Origin: Candidatus Fervidifonticultor secundus
GTDB taxonomy: Bacteria > Sysuimicrobiota > Sysuimicrobiia > Sysuimicrobiales > Humicultoraceae
Direction of reading: 5' to 3'
DNA length: 64,000 bases
NCBI GenBank assembly: GCA_031459385.1
Contig: JAVKIP010000004.1
Span: 32,001 to 96,000 of the forward strand
Below, one piece after another: positions 38,739 to 47,936 of the stretch. The position numbers and the translations under genes are program-made. The notes below the pieces were generated by a model. That model was not told the DNA's origin, searched no databases, and worked only from the letters and a program-made list of their open reading frames with translations. How positions within the stretch are numbered: the first letter of the stretch is position 1; every line of letters starts with the position of its first letter.

Positions 38739-39152
38739 ATGGCCCTGATCCTGGAGCGGGCGCAGGTGGACGCCATGATCGAGCACGCGCGCGCCGAGCA
38801 CCCCAACGAGTGTTGTGGCCTGCTGGCGGGCCTCGGCGACCGCGTCGTGCGCGTCTACCGCGGCCGCAACGCCGATCGGAGCCCCTACACCTACCGGCTG
38901 GATCCCCAGGAGCAACTGCGCTTTTTCCGGGAGATCGACGACGCGGGGCTGGAGCTGGTCGGGATCTACCACTCGCACACCCAGTCGGCCGCCTACCCCT
39001 CGCGTACCGACATCGCCAAGGCGTACTATCCTGACGCGGCGTACGTCATCCTCTCGATCCTCGACCCCGCGGCGCCGGCCGCGGACGTGGAGATCCGGGC
39101 TTTCCGGATCCGTGACGGCGTGGTCACCGAAGAGGAGCTGGTGATCGCATGA
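38739..39152 (+). CDS. Mov34/MPN/JAMM metallopeptidase (Mec-like CysO-cysteine peptidase)
   Basis: PNECCGLL, IYHSHT...YPSRTD JAMM motif. Confidence 0.9.
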   Translation: MALILERAQVDAMIEHARAEHPNECCGLLAGLGDRVVRVYRGRNADRSPYTYRLDPQEQLRFFREIDDAGLELVGIYHSHTQSAAYPSRTDIAKAYYPDAAYVILSILDPAAPAADVEIRAFRIRDGVVTEEELVIA

Positions 39153-39628
39153 AGGTCTCGACGCGGGCCGAGTACGGGTTGCGCGCCCTGCTGGACCTGG
39201 TGGCGCACTACGGCCAGGGGCCGGTGCACAGCCGCCAGATCGCCGAGCGCCAGGGCCTGCCCGAGCCCTACCTCAACCAGCTGATGGCCGCGCTGCGGCG
39301 CGCCGGGCTGGTCAGCAGCAAGCGCGGCCCGCACGGCGGGCATGTGCTCTCGAAACCGCCGGCGGCGATCACGCTGCGCGAGGCCTTCGAGGTGCTGGAG
39401 GGTACCACCGCGCCATGGTGGTGCGTCGAGGTCGACGATCCCGACTGCGCGTTCGTGGACGGGTGCGGGCTGCGTCCCGTCTGGCGCGCCGTGCAGGCCG
39501 CCGCCGACGGCGTCCTCAACCGCCTCACGCTGGCCGATCTGCGCCCCGCGCCTGCCCCGCTGGTGCCGGTCGGGGTCGGGGAGCGGTATCCCGTGCGCGG
39601 GCGCCGCCCTGCCGCACGGCGGCGGTAG
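39149..39628 (+). CDS. Rrf2 family transcriptional regulator (IscR/CymR-like, three Cys)
   Basis: MKVSTRAEYGLRAL, SKRGPHGG, CVEVDDPDCAFVDGC. Confidence 0.9.
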   Translation: MKVSTRAEYGLRALLDLVAHYGQGPVHSRQIAERQGLPEPYLNQLMAALRRAGLVSSKRGPHGGHVLSKPPAAITLREAFEVLEGTTAPWWCVEVDDPDCAFVDGCGLRPVWRAVQAAADGVLNRLTLADLRPAPAPLVPVGVGERYPVRGRRPAARRR

Positions 39629-39635
39629 GCCCGTG

Positions 39636-39661
39636 GGAATGCGCGGCCCCCGACGGGCGTT
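39636..39661 (+). promoter_or_regulatory. SigR/SigH-type autoregulatory promoter
   Basis: GGAAT-N18-GTT directly upstream of the ECF sigma gene. Confidence 0.72.
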
Positions 39662-39676
39662 ATGGAGGAAGACGCC

Positions 39677-40372
39677 ATGGGTGTGTGCGCCGTGAACGCC
39701 GGTCGGCCGTCTACCGCGGTCTCCCAGGAAGACCGCGCCCGGTTCGAGACCCTGGTCAACGAGCACCTCGACAGCCTCTACGGCAGCGCGCTGCGCCTGA
39801 CCCGCAACCGCGCCGCAGCCGAGGACCTGGTCCAGGAGACGTTCCTCAAGGCCTGGCGGTCGTTCCACACGTTCCAGCCCGGCACGAACGCCCGCGCCTG
39901 GCTGTACAAGATCCTGATGAACGCCTACATCGACAGCTACCGCAAGGCCGCGCGCGAGCCGGAGCTGATCGACCAGGAAGACGTCGGCGACTTCTATCTG
40001 TACGCCAAGGCGCAGGAGAGCGACGAGTACCGGCGCGCTGGCGACCCCGAGGAGACGCTGCTGGCCCGGATCATGGACGCCGACGTCAAGGCGGCGCTGG
40101 AGCAGGTGCCCGAGCCGTTCCGCATGGCGGTGATCCTGGCCGACCTGGAGGAGTTCTCGTACCGGGAGATCGCCGAGATCCTGGGCATCCCCATCGGGAC
40201 GGTCATGTCCCGCCTCTACCGCGGGCGCCGGCACCTGCAGCGCCTCCTGTGGGACTACGCGAAGCGTGCCGGTTACGTCAACGGAGATACCGCCGCGCCC
40301 GGTGGCGGCGCGACGGCGGGGCACAGGCCCCCGGGGGCGCCGCCCAAACCGCGCACCGCAGGCGACCGATGA
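39677..40372 (+). CDS. ECF sigma factor, SigR/SigH-like
   Basis: [64 protein letters not shown]. Confidence 0.92.
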   Translation: MGVCAVNAGRPSTAVSQEDRARFETLVNEHLDSLYGSALRLTRNRAAAEDLVQETFLKAWRSFHTFQPGTNARAWLYKILMNAYIDSYRKAAREPELIDQEDVGDFYLYAKAQESDEYRRAGDPEETLLARIMDADVKAALEQVPEPFRMAVILADLEEFSYREIAEILGIPIGTVMSRLYRGRRHLQRLLWDYAKRAGYVNGDTAAPGGGATAGHRPPGAPPKPRTAGDR

Positions 40373-40614
40373 CCGAGATCGACTGTCGGGAGTTGCTCCG
40401 CCAGCTCTGGATGTACCTCGACGGCGAAGCCGACGCGCCGGTGGGCCAGGACCTGCAGCGCCACATCGCCCGGTGCCTGCCGTGCCGGCAGCACGCCGAG
40501 TTCGAGCGCCGGCTGCGCGAGATCATCCAATACAAGTGCCGCGGCGAGCGCGCGCCCGACCCCCTCCGGCAGGAACTGGCCCGCCTCCTGCGCATCTCGA
40601 TCCAGAGAGGCTAG
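40369..40614 (+). CDS. Zinc-binding anti-sigma factor, RsrA/RshA-like
   Basis: [14 protein letters not shown]...HIARCLPC (HxxxCxxC)...KCRGERAP; no TM; ATGA overlap with the sigma gene. Confidence 0.88.
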   Translation: MTEIDCRELLRQLWMYLDGEADAPVGQDLQRHIARCLPCRQHAEFERRLREIIQYKCRGERAPDPLRQELARLLRISIQRG

Positions 40615-40719
40615 CCCCGCGCCGGGCCGGGGTGCGGCCCGGCCGGCGGAGGAACGGCGCGCACCTGCGCGAACTCCGCAGCGGTGCGCAGGCTGCAGGT
40701 GCATGCGGGGAGGGAGTCC

Positions 40720-41103
40720 ATGCTGACCAAGGACGTCATCCGCAGCGACGGTGCGCCGCTTCCCATCGGCCCGTACTCACAGGCGATCCGGGCCGGCGGC
40801 GTGCTCTACCTCTCGGGGCAGGTCCCGCTCGACCCGGCCACCGGGCAGCTGGTCGGTGGCGACATCAAGACCCAGACCCGGCGCGTGCTGGACAATCTGC
40901 GCGCGGTGCTGGAGGCCGCCGGGTCGTCGCTGGACCGCGTGGTGAAGACCACGGTCTACCTCCGAGACCTGAACGACTTCGGGGCCATGAACGAGGAGTA
41001 CGCCTCGTACTTCCGCGAGGTGCCCCCCGCCCGCACCACGATCCAGGCCGCCCGCCTGCCGCGCGACGCGCTGGTCATGATCGAGTGCATCGCGCTGGGG
41101 TAG
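40720..41103 (+). CDS. ridA: RidA family enamine/imine deaminase
   Basis: [44 protein letters not shown]. Confidence 0.92.
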   Translation: MLTKDVIRSDGAPLPIGPYSQAIRAGGVLYLSGQVPLDPATGQLVGGDIKTQTRRVLDNLRAVLEAAGSSLDRVVKTTVYLRDLNDFGAMNEEYASYFREVPPARTTIQAARLPRDALVMIECIALG

Positions 41104-41117
41104 CCCGGTGCCCCCGG

Positions 41118-42098
41118 CTACAGGTCGACCCGGGTGCCCACGCCCCGGGCCACCGCCTTGCGGTACACGAGGGTCGCCGTGGCCACGTCCTCCACGGCGA
41201 CGCCCACCGACTTGAAGAGCGTGACCTGCCCGGGGTGCGTCCGGCCTGGCTTCGTCCCGCCGATCACCTCGCCGAGTTCGTCCGCGACCTGCGCGCGGGT
41301 GATGCGACCTTCCTGCAGCGGCACCAGGATGTCGCCACACTCAGTGAAGATGGCGTCGCGCGAGTCCACCACGACGCGCGCGCGGGCAACCGTCTCGGTG
41401 TCGAGCTCGCGGGCGCCCGGCGCGTGCGAGCCGACGGCGTTGATGTGGCAGCCCGGGCCGAACCACTCCCAGCGGACGATGGGCTGCGCGGCGGTCGTGG
41501 CCAGGACCACCAGGTCGGCGCCCCGGACGGCGGCTTCCTCCGAGTCGACGACGTCGATGGGCACGCCCAAGCGCGGCTCCATCTCCCGCTGGAACGCCTC
41601 GGCCTTCGCACGGGTCCGGTTGTAGATCCGGCAGCGGGTGACCTGAGCGACCTCCCGCATCGCCCACAGGTGGCTCTGCCCCTGGACCCCGGCGCCCAGG
41701 ATGCCGAGGACCTTGGGCCCGGGCGTGGCCAAGTAGCGCGTCGCCACGCCGGAGGCCGCGGCCGTCCGCACGGCGGTGAGGTAGGCGCCGTCCATGATCG
41801 CCAGCACCTGCCCCGTCTCCGGGTCGTTGACGACCACCACGGCGAGGATCGTCGGCAGGCCGCGCTGCGGGTTGCGCGCGTACACCGTCACGATCTTGCT
41901 GCCGAGCGCGTCGCTCCGGCTGAGGTAGGCCGGCATGGACAGCATGGCGCCGGCGTGGGGGGCCACGGTGGTCGTGCTGCGCACCGGCATCACCGCCTGG
42001 CCGGCCGAGAGCTCGGCCAGGGCCTGCGCACACGCGTCGATCGCCTCGCGCATGTCCAGCAGATCGCGGACCTGGGCCGCGGAGAGGATCAGAGGCAT
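41118..42098 (-). CDS. Ornithine cyclodeaminase / alanine dehydrogenase-like (mu-crystallin family)
   Basis: MPAYL, KIVTV, LTAVRTAAASGVAT, GAGVQG, HINAVGS, LFKSVGVAVED. Confidence 0.92.
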   Translation of the reverse strand: MPLILSAAQVRDLLDMREAIDACAQALAELSAGQAVMPVRSTTTVAPHAGAMLSMPAYLSRSDALGSKIVTVYARNPQRGLPTILAVVVVNDPETGQVLAIMDGAYLTAVRTAAASGVATRYLATPGPKVLGILGAGVQGQSHLWAMREVAQVTRCRIYNRTRAKAEAFQREMEPRLGVPIDVVDSEEAAVRGADLVVLATTAAQPIVRWEWFGPGCHINAVGSHAPGARELDTETVARARVVVDSRDAIFTECGDILVPLQEGRITRAQVADELGEVIGGTKPGRTHPGQVTLFKSVGVAVEDVATATLVYRKAVARGVGTRVDL

Positions 42099-42240
42099 GT
42101 GACCGCTCCTCGTGCGAAGGTGCCGACCAGTCTACCATCTGTTGCCGCCTGCGGCTAGCCGGGGCAATCGGGTACGGTCCGGGCGCGCACGCCGCGGTCA
42201 TGCGCAACGGCGCAGTGGCCGGCATGCCGGCCCGGGCTCC

Positions 42241-42251
42241 TGTGGTATCAT
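42241..42251 (+). promoter_or_regulatory. Extended -10 promoter upstream of tRNA-Gln
   Basis: TGTGGTATCAT. Confidence 0.5.
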
Positions 42252-42320
42252 ACCAATGGTGCGGCGGCGGAGATGCTCGTTGTCGGACCTGTGCCTGACG
42301 CACGGTGCAATGCCAGACGC

Positions 42321-42394
42321 TGGGGGGTCGGCTAACGGGAAGCCACAAGCCTTTGAAGCTTGGGATGCGGGTTCGACTCCTGCCCCCCCAGCCA
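42321..42394 (+). tRNA. tRNA-Gln (anticodon TTG)
   Basis: Acceptor TGGGGGG/CCCCCCA + G-CCA; D-arm GGCT/AGCC; anticodon stem CAAGC/GCTTG with loop CTTTGAA; T-arm GCGGG-TTCGACT-CCTGC; U1-A72 pair. Confidence 0.95.
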
Positions 42395-42550
42395 CGGTGA
42401 ATGACCCGGGATGCGCGGGCAGTAGACGCGCGGCACCGCGAGCTCGATGCTCATAGACAGGTCCACCTCCTGCGGTGAGATGGCCCCGGTCGGCCTGTGC
42501 CAGTGCTGCGCAGGCAGGCGTCGTCGCCCAGTGTCGGTGCGCAGCCGTCG

Positions 42551-43102
42551 ATGACCGGCCACGGCGCACCCGACAGCGGCCGCCCCGCGTCCCGGGCCCG
42601 GGCGCCGTCGGATGCCGCGCCGGCGCCGGCCGCAGGCCGCCCGCCCCGCGCGGGGCGGGCGGCACCCTCCGAGGCCGTACCCGCCCCGCACGCCGGTGAA
42701 GCGCTGGTCCGCCGCCAGGTCGACGCTCTCAACCGCCACGACCTGGACGCGCTGATGGCCACGTACGCAGACGCCGCGGTTCTCGAATACCCGGCCAGCC
42801 CCCCGGTCACCGGCAAAGCCGCCATCCGTGAGGCCTACGAGCGCTTCTTCGCCAGCTGGGACGAGACGATCGCGCTGGCCCACGTGGTGGCGACCGGCGG
42901 TGTCGTGGCCGCCGAAGGCGTAGTCCAGGGGCGCCACCGAACGATCCACCTGAAGATCCCCGGCCGCGTCGCCGTCGCGTCCCCGCGGGCCTACCGGCAC
43001 GGCTTCGCGGCGTTCTGGGAGATCCAGGACGGGCTGGTGGTCCGCCACCGCGTGTACTACGACGCCCGCGAGCTCGTGCGGCAGCTCCTCGGGCCTCGCT
43101 GA
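42551..43102 (+). CDS. SnoaL-like / NTF2 family protein
   Basis: DALNRHDLDALMATYADAAV...GKAAIR...EIQDGLVVRHRVYYD; start uncertain. Confidence 0.8.
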   Translation: MTGHGAPDSGRPASRARAPSDAAPAPAAGRPPRAGRAAPSEAVPAPHAGEALVRRQVDALNRHDLDALMATYADAAVLEYPASPPVTGKAAIREAYERFFASWDETIALAHVVATGGVVAAEGVVQGRHRTIHLKIPGRVAVASPRAYRHGFAAFWEIQDGLVVRHRVYYDARELVRQLLGPR

Positions 43103-43217
43103 GACCGCGGCACTGGCGCCGCCGCGGACACCGCACGCACCGGAGGAATCCCTCGGGCCGCCAAGAATCCCCCAGGGGAACCGCCATCTCGATGTGCGCG
43201 GATCCCCGGGGCCGTTC

Positions 43218-44633
43218 ATGTCACAGGTCGAAGCCATCGTGCTCGCCGCCGGCAAGGGAAAGCGGATGCGCTCGGCGCTGCCGAAGGTGCTGCACCGGCT
43301 CTGTGGACGCCCCATGATCACCTACGTCCTCGACACGCTGGCGGAGGTCGGCGTGCCCTCGCCTATCCTGGTGGTTGGCTACGGCGCCGAGCAGGTGCGG
43401 GCGGCGCTGGGGGAGGGGCTGCGCTACGTGCAGCAGAACGAGCCGCTCGGCACCGGGCACGCGGTGCTGCAGGCGCTCCCGCTGCTGGAGGGCTTTGCGG
43501 GCACCGTCCTGGTCCTCTACGGCGATGTGCCGCTCCTGCGGCCCGAGACCCTCGAGACGCTGCTGGCGCACCACCGCCAGCAGGGCGCGGCCGCCACGAT
43601 CCTCACGGACGTGCGCGACGACCCGACGGGCTACGGCCGGGTGCTCCGCGACGCGCGCGGCAACGTCCTGCGCATCGTCGAGGAGCCCGACGCGTCGCCG
43701 GAGGAGCGTGAGGTGCGCGAGATCAACGCCGGCACCTACGCCTTCGAAGCCAGCGCGCTACGCGAGGCGCTGCGGGCCCTGCAGCCGGCCAACGCGCAGG
43801 GCGAATACTACCTCACCGACGCCATCGACCTGCTGCTGCGGGCGCGGCATACGGTGGCGGCGGTCGTGGCGCCGTCCACCCGGGAGACCCTGGGCATCAA
43901 CAGCCGGCGGGACCTGGCCGATGCCGAAGCCGTGCTGCGGGCGCAGCTCCTCGGGGACCTGATGGACGCGGGCGTCACCGTCGTGGATCCGGCCACAACC
44001 TACGTACACGCCGGCGTCCGGGTCGGGCGCGATACCGTCGTCTACCCCGGGTCGAGCCTGGAAGGCACCACGGTCGTCGGGGAGGGCTGCCACATCGGCC
44101 CCCACGCCCGGCTGGTCGATGCGGCGCTCGGCGACCGGGTCACGGTGGTGGCCTCGACGATCATCCAGAGCCACGTGGGCGACGACAGCCGCGTGGGCCC
44201 CTACAGCCACCTCCGGCCGGGCGTCCGCCTGGGGCGCGGTGTCGAGGTGGGCACCTTCGCCGAGATGAAGAACAGCACGGTTGGCGACGGCACGAAGGTG
44301 CACCACATGAGCTACCTGGGCGATGCCCTGGTGGGGGCCCGGGTCAACATCGGCGCCGGCACCATCACCTGCAACTACGACGGCCGCGCCAAGCACGTCA
44401 CCGTCATCGAGGACGGCGCGTTCATCGGCAGCGACACCATGCTCATCGCGCCGGTGCGGATCGGGCGCGACGCGGTGACCGGCGCCGGCGCGGTGGTGAA
44501 GCGCGACGTGCCGCCGCGCGGGGTCGCTGTGGGGATGCCGGCCCGCGTGATCCGCCACCGGCCCGACGCCGAGGTCGAGCCGACCCGCACCGAGGGCACC
44601 GACGCCGACGCTGCGCCGGTGGAGCCGCTGTGA
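43218..44633 (+). CDS. glmU: Bifunctional UDP-GlcNAc pyrophosphorylase / glucosamine-1-P acetyltransferase
   Basis: VLAAGKGKRMRSALPKVLH, LGTGHAV, NAQGEYYLTD, SYLGDA, GAGTITCNYDG. Confidence 0.96.
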   Translation: MSQVEAIVLAAGKGKRMRSALPKVLHRLCGRPMITYVLDTLAEVGVPSPILVVGYGAEQVRAALGEGLRYVQQNEPLGTGHAVLQALPLLEGFAGTVLVLYGDVPLLRPETLETLLAHHRQQGAAATILTDVRDDPTGYGRVLRDARGNVLRIVEEPDASPEEREVREINAGTYAFEASALREALRALQPANAQGEYYLTDAIDLLLRARHTVAAVVAPSTRETLGINSRRDLADAEAVLRAQLLGDLMDAGVTVVDPATTYVHAGVRVGRDTVVYPGSSLEGTTVVGEGCHIGPHARLVDAALGDRVTVVASTIIQSHVGDDSRVGPYSHLRPGVRLGRGVEVGTFAEMKNSTVGDGTKVHHMSYLGDALVGARVNIGAGTITCNYDGRAKHVTVIEDGAFIGSDTMLIAPVRIGRDAVTGAGAVVKRDVPPRGVAVGMPARVIRHRPDAEVEPTRTEGTDADAAPVEPL

Positions 44634-45616
44634 GGGACGTCCGCCTGAAGATCTTCAGCGGGTCCGCCAACCCTGCCCTGGCCGAAGAGGTCGCGGACCT
44701 GCTGGACCTGCCGTTGGGCGAGATGGAGGTGTTTCGCTTCGCCGACGGCGAGGTGAGCGTACGGATCGCCGAGAGCGTGCGCGGCGAGGACGTGTTCGTC
44801 ATCCAGCCCACCTCGCCGCCGGTCAACGAGAACCTGCTGGAGCTGCTGGTGATCCTCGACGCGCTGCGGCGGGCGTCGGCGGCCCGGGTCACCGCCGTGA
44901 TCCCCTATTTCGGGTACGCGCGCCAGGACCGCAAGACGAAGCCGCGGGAGCCTATCACGGCCAAGCTCGTCGCCAACCTGCTGGTCGCGGCGGGCGCCCA
45001 GCGCATTCTGGCCGTCGATCTCCACGCCGGCCAGCTGTGGGGTTTCTTCGACATCCCCCTCGACCACCTGCCGTCGCGGCTGCTGCTGGCGGCGTACGTC
45101 CGCGCCAAGGGCCTGCGCAACGTCGTGGTGGTCTCCCCCGACATCGGCGGGGTCGCCCGGGCGCGCGAGTTCGCCGCCGAGCTGGGCGCGCCCATCGCCA
45201 TCATCGACAAGCGCCGCGATCGGCCCAACCAGGTGAAGGAGGTCACCCACGTCATCGGCAAGGTGTATCGGCGGACGGCGATCCTGGTCGACGACATCGT
45301 GGACACCGCGGGGACGCTGACCATGGCGGCGCAGGCGCTGGTGGCGCGGGGGGTGGAGGGAGTCTACGCCTGCTGCGCCCACGCGCTCCTCTCGGGGGCG
45401 GCGGCAGAGCGCATCGCGCAGAGCCCCATCCAGGAGCTGGTGGTGACCAACACGGTGCCGGTCTCGGCCGCCCGGCGGCCGGACCGGATGCGCGTGGTGT
45501 CCATCGCGCCGATCCTGGCCGAGGCGATCCGGCGGATCCACGGCGACCGGTCGGTCAGCGAGCTGCTGAGCGCCGTCCCGGCGTCCGTCCCAGGGGCGCC
45601 GCTGCGCGTGGTCTGA
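44630..45616 (+). CDS. prs: Ribose-phosphate pyrophosphokinase
   Basis: FADGE, PYFGYARQDRK, DLHAGQ, VSPDIGG, VDDIVDTAGT. Confidence 0.96.
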   Translation: MRDVRLKIFSGSANPALAEEVADLLDLPLGEMEVFRFADGEVSVRIAESVRGEDVFVIQPTSPPVNENLLELLVILDALRRASAARVTAVIPYFGYARQDRKTKPREPITAKLVANLLVAAGAQRILAVDLHAGQLWGFFDIPLDHLPSRLLLAAYVRAKGLRNVVVVSPDIGGVARAREFAAELGAPIAIIDKRRDRPNQVKEVTHVIGKVYRRTAILVDDIVDTAGTLTMAAQALVARGVEGVYACCAHALLSGAAAERIAQSPIQELVVTNTVPVSAARRPDRMRVVSIAPILAEAIRRIHGDRSVSELLSAVPASVPGAPLRVV

Positions 45617-46695
45617 TGGCCGTCCCGCTGGTGCTGGCCCTGGTGGCGCTGGTGGTCACCAACGCGCTGACGCCCGCGGTGCGCCGCGTCGCGCGCCGCG
45701 TGGGCGCCATCGATTATCCTGGCGGCCGGCGCATCAATGCGCGGCCCACGCCGCGTCTTGGGGGCGTGGCCATCTACCTGGGCTTCGTCGTCGCCGCCCT
45801 GCTGGCCATGGTGGTCACGCGCCCGATCGAGCTGGTCCAGAGCGACGGCGCCACGTTCCTCCGGATCCCCATCGCGCTGCGCACCGATCGGGCCCTTGTG
45901 GGCCTCATGCTGGGCGGCACGTTTCTGCTGGGCGTCGGCGTCTACGACGACCTGCGCGGCCTGCACCCGGCGCTGAAGTTCGCGGCGATGGTGGTTGCCG
46001 CCGCCGTGCTGATTCCCTTTGGCCTGGCCACGCAGTTCGTGACACACCCGCTGACGGGGCGGACCGTGGCGGTGGGGCCGTGGGGCGCGGTGTTCACCAT
46101 CCTCTGGGTGGTGGCGGTGGTCAACATCATCAACTTCATCGACGGCGTCGACGGGCTCGCCGCCGGCATCGTGGCCATCGCCGGCACGACGCTGCTGCTG
46201 GTGGCTGCCCACAAGCACGACGCCGTGGCCACGTCGCTGGCGGCCGGGCTGGTGGGTGCGGCCCTGGGGTTCCTGCGCCACAACTTCAACCCGGCCCGCA
46301 TCTTCATGGGCGACTCGGGCTCGATGTTCCTGGGCTACGTCCTCGGGGGCCTGGCGGTGATGGGTATGTACAAGTCCTACACGGCCATCTCGCTCCTGGT
46401 GCCGATCCTGGCGCTGGGCGTGCCCATTGCCGATACCGCCTTTGCCATCGTCCGCCGTGCGCGCAGTGGCCGGCCCATCTACCTGCCCGACCGGGGCCAC
46501 CTGCACCATCGGCTGCTCGACCGCGGGCTCACGCAGCGGCAGACCGTGGTGCTCCTGTACCTGGTCAGCGCGGCGCTGGGGTTGGGCGCGCTGGCGCTGG
46601 CGGACATCAGCCGCACCACCGCCGTGGTCACCCTGGGCGTCATCACTGCGGTCCTGGTCATCGGCGTCCGGCAGATGCGGCTGCTGGCGCGCTGA
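45616..46695 (+). CDS. wecA: Undecaprenyl-phosphate GlcNAc-1-phosphate transferase (WecA/TagO, GT4 MraY-like)
   Basis: PTPRLGG, GVYDD, NFIDGVDGLA, NFNPARIFMGDSGS, DRGHLHHRL. Confidence 0.88.
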   Translation: MAVPLVLALVALVVTNALTPAVRRVARRVGAIDYPGGRRINARPTPRLGGVAIYLGFVVAALLAMVVTRPIELVQSDGATFLRIPIALRTDRALVGLMLGGTFLLGVGVYDDLRGLHPALKFAAMVVAAAVLIPFGLATQFVTHPLTGRTVAVGPWGAVFTILWVVAVVNIINFIDGVDGLAAGIVAIAGTTLLLVAAHKHDAVATSLAAGLVGAALGFLRHNFNPARIFMGDSGSMFLGYVLGGLAVMGMYKSYTAISLLVPILALGVPIADTAFAIVRRARSGRPIYLPDRGHLHHRLLDRGLTQRQTVVLLYLVSAALGLGALALADISRTTAVVTLGVITAVLVIGVRQMRLLAR

Positions 46696-47843
46696 TGGGC
46701 GATCGGCTGCCCATCATGACGGTGTTCGGGACCCGTCCCGAGGCGGTGAAGCTCGCACCCGTCATCGCCCGCCTGCGCGACAGCGCCGACTTCGTCCCCC
46801 AGGTGGTCGTGACCGCCCAGCACCGGGAGATGCTGGATCAGGTGCTGCGGCTGTTCGGCATCGTCCCCGAGCGCGATCTGGACATCATGCAGCCCGAGCA
46901 GTCGCTGTCCGACATCACCGCGCGGGCCATGGCGGGTCTGGACGCGGTGCTGCGCGAGCTGCGTCCGGCCATGGTGCTGGTGCAGGGTGACGCCTCGTCC
47001 ACGTTCCTGGGGGCGCTGGCGGCGTTCTACCACCGGGTGCCCATCGGCCACGTCGAAGCCGGCCTGCGCACCCATGACAAGTACCAGCCTTTTCCCGAGG
47101 AGATGAACCGCCGCCTGACGTCGGTGCTGGCAGATCTGCACTTCGCGCCGACGCCGCAGGCCCGGGACAACCTGCTGCGCGAGGGAATCCGGCGCGAGCG
47201 GATCGTGGTGACCGGGAACACGGTGATCGACGCGCTGCTGGAGGTGCGCGGCCGCCCCGACCTGCCGTGGCCTCCCGGGCTGCCCGCGCTGGACGGCCAC
47301 CGGGTGCTGCTGGTCACGACGCACCGTCGGGAGAACTGGGGGGAACCCCTGCGCCAGATCTACCTGGCACTCCTCGACCTGCTCAACCGCTTTCCGGACG
47401 TGGCCGTCGTCTTTTCGGTCCACCGCAACCCGGCCGTGCGGCGCATCGCCCAGGACGTGCTGGGCGGCCACCCCCGCGCCCACCTCATCGAGCCGCCCGA
47501 TTACGCGCCGTTCGTCAGGCTCATGGCCGACGCCTATCTCATCCTCACCGACTCGGGAGGCGTGCAGGAAGAGGCGCCGGCGCTGGGGACGCCGGTGCTG
47601 GTGCTGCGCGAGGTCACCGAGCGGCCCGAAGGCATCGCGGCCGGCACCGTGGAGCTCGTGGGCACGGCGCGCGCGCGCATCGTGGAGCGCGCGAGCCGGC
47701 TGCTGGCCGATCCGGCGGCCCGCGCGGCCATGGCCCAGGCGCGCAACCCCTACGGGGACGGACAGGCCGCCCGCCGCATCGTCGAGGCCCTCCGCCACGT
47801 GTTCGGACGCGCGCCCGCGCCGCCTGCGGAGTTCGTACCGTGA
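46695..47843 (+). CDS. wecB: UDP-N-acetylglucosamine 2-epimerase (non-hydrolysing)
   Basis: FGTRPEAVK, QHREMLDQV, HVEAGLR, PFPEEMNR, HRREN, TDSGGVQEEAP, NPYGDG. Confidence 0.95.
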   Translation: MGDRLPIMTVFGTRPEAVKLAPVIARLRDSADFVPQVVVTAQHREMLDQVLRLFGIVPERDLDIMQPEQSLSDITARAMAGLDAVLRELRPAMVLVQGDASSTFLGALAAFYHRVPIGHVEAGLRTHDKYQPFPEEMNRRLTSVLADLHFAPTPQARDNLLREGIRRERIVVTGNTVIDALLEVRGRPDLPWPPGLPALDGHRVLLVTTHRRENWGEPLRQIYLALLDLLNRFPDVAVVFSVHRNPAVRRIAQDVLGGHPRAHLIEPPDYAPFVRLMADAYLILTDSGGVQEEAPALGTPVLVLREVTERPEGIAAGTVELVGTARARIVERASRLLADPAARAAMAQARNPYGDGQAARRIVEALRHVFGRAPAPPAEFVP

Positions 47844-47866
47844 ACCGCGAGGTCCCCGAGCCCGTA

Positions 47867-47875
47867 TGTTATAAT
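47867..47875 (+). promoter_or_regulatory. Extended -10 promoter of the outer-membrane cluster
   Basis: Perfect TGTTATAAT. Confidence 0.7.
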
Positions 47876-47936
47876 CGAAGACACATCGGGCGTTGCGGTT
47901 GTGCTGGCAGCCCGGTGCGGCCGCGCAAGGGAGACG

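Noticed and set aside
36615..39152. Antiphage ubiquitin-like system (CBASS/Bil-type JAB + Ubl)
   Set aside because: No E1/E2 or cyclase genes; CysM context indicates sulfur metabolism
42321..42394. Suppressor or Sec tRNA that would explain the UGA
   Set aside because: Anticodon is TTG with a short variable loop: ordinary tRNA-Gln
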